A stretch of DNA of 64,000 nt from the human T2T-CHM13v2.0 reference genome, Homo sapiens: NCBI RefSeq assembly GCF_009914755.1, contig NC_060925.1, one strand, 5' to 3'. The notes under the pieces were generated by a model, which did not search any database, was not told where the DNA came from, and saw only the letters and a program-made list of their open reading frames with translations. Below are positions 54,631-64,000 of this stretch, in pieces. Made by a program: the position numbers and the translations under genes. Position 1 is the stretch's first letter. The number at the start of each line of letters is the position of its first letter.

Positions 54631-54636
54631 GTTGCA

Positions 54637-54772
54637 CAGCAGCTCTCATAGTGTGAACCCTGGACCAGTAACATCAATACCACTTGGAAACTTGCTAATA
54701 ATGCAAGTTATCCAGCCCCACCCCAATCCTACTGAGTCAGAAATACAAAGGGTAAGACCCAGCAATCTGTGG
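54637..54772 (+). mobile_element. MER5A (hAT-Charlie MITE), partial
   Basis: CTCATAGTGTG..CCCTGGACCAG..CACTTGGAAACTTGCTA..AATGCAA..CCTACTGAGTCAGAAA..CCCAGCAATCTGTG. Confidence 0.8.
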
Positions 54773-57310
54773 CTGCTATATTTTTAAATTGGTAAATGCT
54801 TTTATGAAGAAACATTATTGATTTTGTAAGTTGATATTGTACTTGACCGTCTTCCTGAACTCTCTTCTTATTTGAATATGGCATATGAGTTTTTCATCTT
54901 AGTTTTCTGATAGAAGCACTACAGCAATTCTAAATTCCTACACTAACTTGACCTTCTGGAGGACTGAATCTAATTTTTAATGAAGGCAATAAAACATAAT
55001 TGGGAGTTTATATGAACAACACAAACTGAGCATATGCTAGCATTCTCCTATGTCTTCCAATCCTTTCCTAATTTTCTGTTATATTTAATGTATGCTTAAC
55101 TCTGTGCTACAAAGTGAGGGGAAGACATGGAAAACATAAATAAAAAATCATAATGTCACTTTGCCAGGCTTGGAATTCTCTGTGTCTCCTACCTATTATT
55201 TAGCCTCTACTCTGTTTAGCATTTATTCAGTGGACAGTTCCTCAGCCCAGTCTCTGTTTAGTTAACTTGTTAGCTCTAAGAAAATGACAACCTTTAATCA
55301 TGATTTACAACCTACATCTTCTTTGATTATGATTAAAAATATGAACACTTTTAATATTACTATGAGCCCCACATTTTGCTCAATATATTAAACTCACTAC
55401 TTCAATGTACTTTATAAAATGCTTAAAACTTGTTGCTGATTCTTAATGAAAAAGCAAATAATCAAACTATACTTTTAGCCCTGAATAGAAGTTAAGTGGC
55501 AACCATATCCTTACCTTTAGGGAATTTAAATTCATCATCAAATTGAATTTATTATTTTTTTCTAGCTTTCTTTACTCTAATTCAGATATTTTTCTCAGAA
55601 AGTCCTCTTTTAGTAGGAATGGTCAGAAGTTTACTTGTATTATAATAAATGCATTATTATTTTCAAATTATTCAGCTTTTAGAAATGCACCAGGATGTTC
55701 AGCTATGCATTGGGTACATCAAATGACTGAACTCATTAAGAGTAAGAGGAAAGAAAATTGAATCATAGAACAGTCTTTACAGAAAAATATTATCATTTTA
55801 TTACATTTCAAGATCTGAGTGTGCTTATTTCATCTTATCTGCACTATTAAATCTAGTTGAAACACGAAAAACAAATCAATTCATGAAGTTGAAAAAAAGT
55901 GCACAATATTCCTGAGAAGGCTTAAGCTTGCACTAGCATCTGTAAGCTTTTTGATAGGAAAGGGCTTAAGGCTGTAGCCATAAGAAGAAAGTAAAAGTCA
56001 CAATGGCAAGAAAATACTAAAAACACCAACTACATTAAAGATCAATATAAATTATTATAGGTTTATTGTGATTTTTTATTTATTGTAAAGCATAGTCTTT
56101 AAATAATTCAGTCACCTGGTGGTAAAAGTGATAGTTTGAGAAAGAGCCTAACAATCAACTTGAGCAGTATTATCAAAGAAAGTTTTTCATTTTTCATTTG
56201 GGTTTCCATTGCTCCTTTTCTAGTGCTTCAACCACAATATTCGTGTTAAATGAAGAGATTAATTATTTAATTATTGTATATATTCTGTCTCCATCAAAAC
56301 TGTTCATTAGGTTCTTGATGTATGAGTCTTAGGTTTGTGCAAGATAGTATTTACTATTAAGTACATATTCTATATTTCTTTGTATTATTATCAACCTGTT
56401 AATGAATAAATACTTATGTCGTTATGGATAAAATATGGTAAAATTAAAAATATTTTTTGAAATAAACTATTTGTTGAAAAAAAGATTGTTGACTAAAAAT
56501 AAAAGCCATCCAGAATTTCAGTTGTTATTTATAAACTTAACATGGTTGTTTTTAGAACATTGCAAACACCTTCAATCATAGGCAAAGCATAAGCAAAATA
56601 TAATGATACTCATTATAATACTTACATTTATATAAAATGATATCACTGATTTAATTAATTTCTTAATTATTTCCATGTGTTCTCATACCTTCTAAAAATT
56701 GCAGTGCACTAACCCATGATAATTTCTATATCTCTGGAATTATATTAACTTTATCAAACATGAGTGGAAAAGACTACTTCGTCATCCAAAATCAAGGTTT
56801 TAAGTTCTGGGTTGCTAAATAATTGATTCCTGGAAAAGAAGTAGATTTGCTAGCATAGCTGAACCTCCGTGAATCAGCAGACCAACTTGCTATAGTCAAG
56901 TTCCATGTTTACTTCAATGAGTCTTTTCAAGCTCATCAATTTTATAAACATATAATTGTCATGAAAGCCAGTTCTTTCTCCTTGTGTTATTTTAGCTATG
57001 CTTTTCAGACATTACCTGGTCAATTGGCCTTTCATTTGTTTCATATTGACTTCATCAGTTAATACTGTCAAAAAATTTTGCCTATCTTTGAAAATAATCT
57101 TTGTAAATAATTCATTCTGATTAACAGTGTAATCCTGAAATTTTCATTTTCAGATCACAATGTATTAGGTCAGTTGAGTCACCTTTTCCATTTACAACAT
57201 TTGATTAAGCCATTATCTTTCAAAAATACAGTTTGACACCATTTTTTCCTTGCCACATAGGTAATAACTCACAGGTTTTAAAAATATATCCATATTATTT
57301 GCTACTTCTA

Positions 57311-57930
<620 letters not shown>

Positions 57931-57934
57931 AGGA

Positions 57935-58545
57935 CAATCTGTACAGAAAATGGCATGAAAGTTTCTCAAAGAACTAAAATTAGAATTACCATTCAATCCA
58001 GCAATCTCACTACTGGGTATCTACCCAAAGAAAAAGGAATCATTATATAAAAAAAGACACCTGCAATCATATGTTTATCAAAGCACAACTCACAATAGCA
58101 AAGTCATAGAATCAACGTAAGTGCCCATTAATGGATGAATGAATAAAGACAAGGTGGTATATTTATATACCATGGAATTCTACTCAGTCATAAAGGTGGA
58201 AATCATATCTTTCGCAGCAGTATGGATGGAACTGGAGGCCATTATCTTAAGTGAAATAACTTAGAAACAGAAAGTCAAATACCACATTTTCACTTACAGG
58301 TGGGAGCTAAAGAATGAGTGCACAGGAACATACATAGTGGAATAATAGACATTGGAGACTCCAAAAAGCGGGGATGGGGGTGGTGGGAGAAGGATGAGGG
58401 AGGAGAAATTACCCATGTGGTATGATTTACACTATTTGGGTGATGGTCACACTAAAAGCCCAGATTTCACCACTATACAATATATTACTGTAACAAAAAA
58501 TCTATTTTTAAAATAAATATATTTTTAAAATAAATAAATAAAATG
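57935..58545 (+). mobile_element. L1PB-like 3' end, 5'-truncated
   Basis: TTTCTCAAAGAACTAAAA..CCAGCAATCTCACTACTGGGTATCTACCCAAAG...CACTAAAAGCCCAGATTTCACCACTATACAA plus A-rich tail. Confidence 0.88.
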
Positions 58546-59584
58546 GAAACACTGTGGCTTCCATCTTAATTTCTCTGTCTCTTTCTTTCTACTGGGAAAA
58601 GCCAAGATCCAGTAGCACCTGAAAGGCCTTCAGTAATGACCCATGAGGACCTGAGGCCTGCCAGCATCCAGGTGTGTTAGCTCAGTAGCAGATTCTTCAG
58701 CTGCAGTGGAGCCTTGAGATGATTGCAACCTGACCTGGAGCCAAACTACCACGTAAAACCACTCCCGGATTCCTACTACTTTGAAAGTGAAATAACAAAT
58801 GTTTCAGTGTGTGTTACATGTTAGATTTTCTATATTATAGATGATATCGATGTTTTTATATATTCACATTATGAGATTCACATGACTTCTTATGGGATCA
58901 ATATATTCTATAACCCAAGCTTTATCATTCTCTTTTTATGCCCAAATGATCACAACTTGGCCAAGGGGAGGTGCTTTTGGTCTTTGAGCAATAACAGATA
59001 TCTTTGGGTTTTATTCCTCCGACTTGAAATACTAAAACTTTCTGGCAACAGAATGTTTCAAACACGTCCTATTTTTTGAGGGGGTTGGGGTCATGTATAG
59101 AATGATACATATGCCTCCAAGCTGCATTACTTGTTTTTTCTCCACTCATAATATAGTTTCTTACCCATCTCCTTCCTCTTGTCAGTTAAGTCTGCATAAT
59201 GCTGCCTCCTAGAAAAACTTTCCTGGCTTTCCGACTTAAAAGGGCCCTGGCACAGCACTTTCTATGCTCTTTTCTTATGGCACTTAAACCTATGACAGAA
59301 ATTATAAAAACTGCTTGTAGCTTTTTGTATTTTAGACTATGAGAAGGTTTTTTTAATTAATTGATCTGTAGGAATGTATTACCATTTTTCTGAAATAAGG
59401 AAGTACATTTAAATTTTGATGCAAGTGTTTTAACTCTTTCCCTAAAGTTTTCTAACAATAAAATAGGTGATTCTTCCATATGTAAGTATAGGTGCAGTTT
59501 GAACTTTTATACTTTAAAAATCAAGAAAATTCCTTGAGTCATTTTCTAACTCCTGGCCTAAGCTAAAAATAAAAATAGGTCAGA

Positions 59585-59803
59585 TTTATTGAAGACCAGC
59601 AGTGTGTCCTATACAGCACTCTGTGCTATATTTGTGTCATCTCATTTACTCCTGGAGATTACCCTGTGAGGTTGCTACCAGCATTACTCTTATTTTAGAC
59701 CAAAGAAATTAAGTCAGAGGGAGACTTAGCAGTAGGCTCAAGGTCACAGTGTCAGAATTTGAAATTTAACATTTGAATTCTAAAATCCATACCTTGACCA
59801 CTA
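59585..59803 (-). mobile_element. MIR SINE
   Basis: TTTATTGA...ATCTCATTTA..CCTGTGAGG...CAAGGTCACAG. Confidence 0.7.
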
Positions 59804-60872
59804 ATATCAGATTACTGACAGATTTCTAGAAACATCTATCTCATGAATGTGACATAAAATTTGAAGATGCATTTTGACAGACATATTTTTATTGGCAATT
59901 TTTATAGAAATGTAATTCATGGAAAAATAAAGAGCTTACAGAAATATCAAGTAAAAAGAAAGTTTTCATGATGCAGCTATTCAGGAAAAGATGTTCACAC
60001 TTGGAATACATTTAGAAATATATAAATTATTATAAGGAAAAAATTAACGTTTGTCCCAGTAGTAGAATAATATTGAGAGGAGAAGTTCCTACTGACTACT
60101 TTTTATTGTTTTTTCTTATATACGAAAAAAAAGGTTAAGGAATTTTTTATTTTTATTTCTATCCACAACTTCTTAAAAGTAAACTTATGTGTTTGCCCTG
60201 CTCATTTTCCACATATGCAAAAATCAGCAGCTGCAGGGAATAAAATATGTAAGTGTGATATTATAATGTATCGCAAATTGTAAGTATCAACATCACAACC
60301 CACAGAATACAAATAGCTTAAAGGAAAGATCAGAGGTGACTTGGGAATAGGCTTTAAAAAGGCACAATCTTGATTCAAATTTTGTAATTGGCTCTTAGCT
60401 GATACTTTTTAGCCTACATGAAAGAATATATTAACCTTGAAAGCATAAAATATTATGTTTGTCCTCACAAAATATCGATCTAGATTTTGTACAGTTTATA
60501 AATTATATTTTTCTTTCACATTATTATTTTAAAAATACATTACACTGTCAATTCTACACAGTTGGAAAGTTAGATTCCTAATGTTAAGGTATCTCTTTTA
60601 ATTAACATTTTTGTTTATTTTGTTCGTCTTATCTTTGTGTATTTTTCTCTTCCTGAGCTAAAAAAAGAATTCATCAGAAGTTTTATAGGAAGAATATGGA
60701 TTCAATACTTTTAAATTTTATCTTTGAAATGCAAAACATAGAAACAGAAATGAATAATTCAGTGAGTCATTCACATACCTTGAAGACATCTATTTGCTTA
60801 TATTTACTTGGCCTTAGTTGAGTCATCTGCTAGCAACTTTCAGAGAAGGGGCATACAAGGAAAAATAAACAA

Positions 60873-61015
60873 TTTCTCTCTCTCTCTGTCTGTTTCCCTC
60901 TGTCTCTTCCCTCCTTCCCTTCGCTTTGTTTCTTCATTCTCTCCTTTCACTTTCTCTGTTTCTTCACTCCCTTCACTCTCTTTCTTCTCTCACTGTCATT
61001 TCCCTTTCCTCCATC
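60873..61015. repeat. CT-rich low-complexity (polypyrimidine) tract
   Basis: Seen directly. Confidence 0.8.
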
Positions 61016-61994
61016 TGTTAGTTTCGTGAATATACTGTTTTCCCAGAATGTAAGAAGCTGATAATATTTTTTTGGTTACCTTAGGTAATCAAAAGCCATG
61101 TATTTAACAGAGTAAAATAAATAAACTATTGGACAAAGTCTCACTTTATTTACATATTTTTTAACTCTTAACTTGTTTAAAATATTTTGTTAGATTTCAT
61201 GCTATTCCTCCATATTGCTATTTTTCCATATATAAAGGCAAGTCTGAGAAACCAAAGTCATATTGAATATATTGATTATTTTCTAAATTATCTTATCCCC
61301 ATCCCATTATTTTTTAAAATAAATTGAAACAAATTTTGCATTAATCTCAAATGCATGTTAGGAATGATTGATCAGCATTTGAATTTGTGGACATTTATGC
61401 AAATTTGAATTTATGGAAATCACACAAATGGCAAAAGTAATTCATCATCTACAGGTTCAATCATAGTAAAATGAAGCATTTAAAAACATGTTATTGTGAG
61501 TCTTCCATACCATATCCTCTCGACATATTTCAGCTCACCAGTGTTGTTTTGACTTAATTCTTAGTTCACTCTCCTGGGTGAGATCTTCTGATTAGCTGGT
61601 TTAGGGTTTGAAAATGCTCCATTCCCTGGTGGATGACTCAGCTCTCCTCCCATGCGTAACTTGAGAATTTCTTATAAGATGTCCATCTTACTGTCAGCAC
61701 ATGACTCCAATTACAATGGGCTTTGGGAGTTTCTTTTACTTGATATAAGCCAAGATTTAACAGGCAAAAAGTGTATCTTTTCATTAAAAAGTTACTTATT
61801 TTATATACTGTATTCATATCTATGACAACTCAGTCATTAAAAACAAATGTTTTACCACAGAGTATAATCTCCGAAATCTGGCCCTTTCTATTGTTCATTT
61901 CTATTGGGAACACCTAGCTCAGGCACTTGTATCTTCTTGCCAGCTTATCATAAACGTGATTTTAACTGGTTCCCATACTGGCTATACTTTCTTT

Positions 61995-63090
61995 TAAAAA
62001 AAATAATTATTATGGGTACATAAGAGTTGTATATACTTACGGGGTACAGGTGATATTTTGATACAAGTAGAAAATGTGTAATGATAAAATCAGGGTCATT
62101 GAGATATCCACAACTCAAGCATTGATCATTTCTTTGTATTAGGAATGTTACAATTATACCCCAAAAGTTATAAAGTATAATAATTATTGTTATAATTATT
62201 AGTAACTATAGTCATTCCATTGTGCTACTGAATACTAGATTTATTCATTCTATCTAACTATAAGTTTGTCCCATTAACCATCATGCTTTATCCTCCCCTC
62301 TCTGCTACCCTTCTCAGATTCTGGTAACCATCATTCTACTCTCTATTTCCATTAGTTTAAATTTTTTTAGCTCCCACATATGAGTGGCAACATGCAATAT
62401 TTGTCTCTCTGTGCCAGGCTTATTTTCACTTGACATCATGTCCTCCAGTTCCATCCATGAAGGATTTCATTCTTTTTTTTGGCTGAAGAATATTTTGTTG
62501 TGTATATGTACCATATTTTATTTATCCATTCATTCACTGATAGGCATTTAGGTTGCTTGGGTATCTTGGCTATAGTAAATAACGTTGCAATAAACATGGC
62601 AGTGCCAATATCTCTTCAAAATACTGATTTCTTTTCTTCTGGACATATACCCAGCAAAGGGATTGCTGGATCATATGGTAGTTCTATTTTTAATTTTTTG
62701 AGGAACCTCCATACTGTTCTCCATGGTGGCTGTACTAATTGACATTTCCACCTACAACGGTGTGTAAGATTTCCTTTCACTCCGTACCCTTGCCAGCATT
62801 CATTACTGCTTGTCTTTTAGATTAAAGTCCTGTTAGCTTGAGTGTGATAATATCTCACTGTAGTTTTGATTTCCAATTCTCTGATGATTCGCGGTGCTGA
62901 GTAAATTTCTATATATGTGCTGGCCATTTGTATGTCTTCTTTGAGAAATGTCTATTCAGGTATTTTGCCCATTTTAAAATCAGATATTTTTCCTATTGAG
63001 TTGTTTGAATTCCTTATCTGTTCTACTTATCAATTTCTTGTCAGATGGGTAGTTTACGAATATTTTATCTCATCCTGTGGGTTGTCTTAT
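61995..63090 (-). mobile_element. L1MA 3' end, 5'-truncated
   Basis: TATGGGTACAT...GGGGTACAGGTGATATTTTGATACAAG...GAGGAACCTCCATACTGTTCTCCA. Confidence 0.9.
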
Positions 63091-64000
63091 CTCATTGTAA
63101 TACCTAGTAAACTCCCTGAAGCTCTGGTCAAATAATAGCATTGTTCTGTTCTAATTTTGAGTGATTCGTGCCATTTAACTTTTGTTACAGCTGACATTAC
63201 CAGCTTCTCTATACTACCCCTATGATCAGAGCAAAAAGGCTATACCGATAGCCTCATGTTATATTCTGCGATTCCTTCCAGTAACATGCCTTTGGTTATG
63301 CTTTTCTATAATGCAGAAAAAATGTGGAGAAAAAATGGTCCCATCCTTCCTCATTTCCCAAACTCCAGATTTTTAAATCAGATATATGCTAAAAATGAAA
63401 TGACACATCCCCTCTGTAATTTTTCTTTCATGGACTAGAACTATTTTTTTATATATGCTATGATAGCGTTTAATTTATTGCTCTCTAAAGGCTCTAATCA
63501 TTTTCTACTGTCTTTTTTTTTATTTGTATTCATGCTTTACTTCTCCAGATAGACACAAATCAAGTCACATTACTTATATACCATTGAATCACCCACAGAG
63601 CAGGGTGGCACATCTTTCAAAGAGTAGGAACTTGATCATACTTTAGGGGAAGGGGGGAGAACTAATAAATTATGCAAAATATGTACAGCTGAAATTAAGA
63701 GTTACAGATGCAAGATATTTTGGAAATCTATACAAACAGTTTTAAGAATAAGTGCATATATTTCTTCATCTAATATCTTATGCAGAGTAAAAATAACTGA
63801 TTCATGGATTTCCCAATTCTGGAATTTGGCAGTAATTTTGAATTTGAAAAAAAATCTTAAGAAAAAGTTTTTGGACTAGTTTAAGAAATATATATAAGTG
63901 TCTGGAGAAAATGCTTTTTATATATTCTAATTTACATTTATGACTATCCTCCCTTAAAAAATTAAATTAAAAAATTGGATCAAGAGAATGTGCTTGGCTT

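Overview
AT-rich primate (human-like; AluY present) genomic DNA with no intact protein-coding gene that I can recognise. Most of the window is interspersed repeats: L1, L2, MIR, Alu, MaLR/ERV LTRs and a few DNA transposon remnants. The main feature is a ~3.8 kb minus-strand processed pseudogene of the DEAH helicase DHX29 (49659-53466), bounded by a 12-bp TSD and inserted into an old L1ME. It is 5'-complete, but its 3' end is not the canonical mRNA end. After the codons for ...NRTLLFTLE it runs through a splice-donor-like GAG|GTAATT into 134 nt of non-CDS sequence. That segment ends in an L2-like 3' terminus with AATAAA 18 nt before an A-run. It therefore looks like a fossil of an intronically polyadenylated, C-terminally truncated DHX29 isoform. 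Also present: a complete THE1 provirus with a 5-bp TSD nested in a near-full-length L1MA, a multiply interrupted MLT1 LTR, and a few candidate non-coding exons. Repeat subfamily calls and all comparisons to parental DHX29 come from recalled sequences, not alignments, and most repeat boundaries are approximate.
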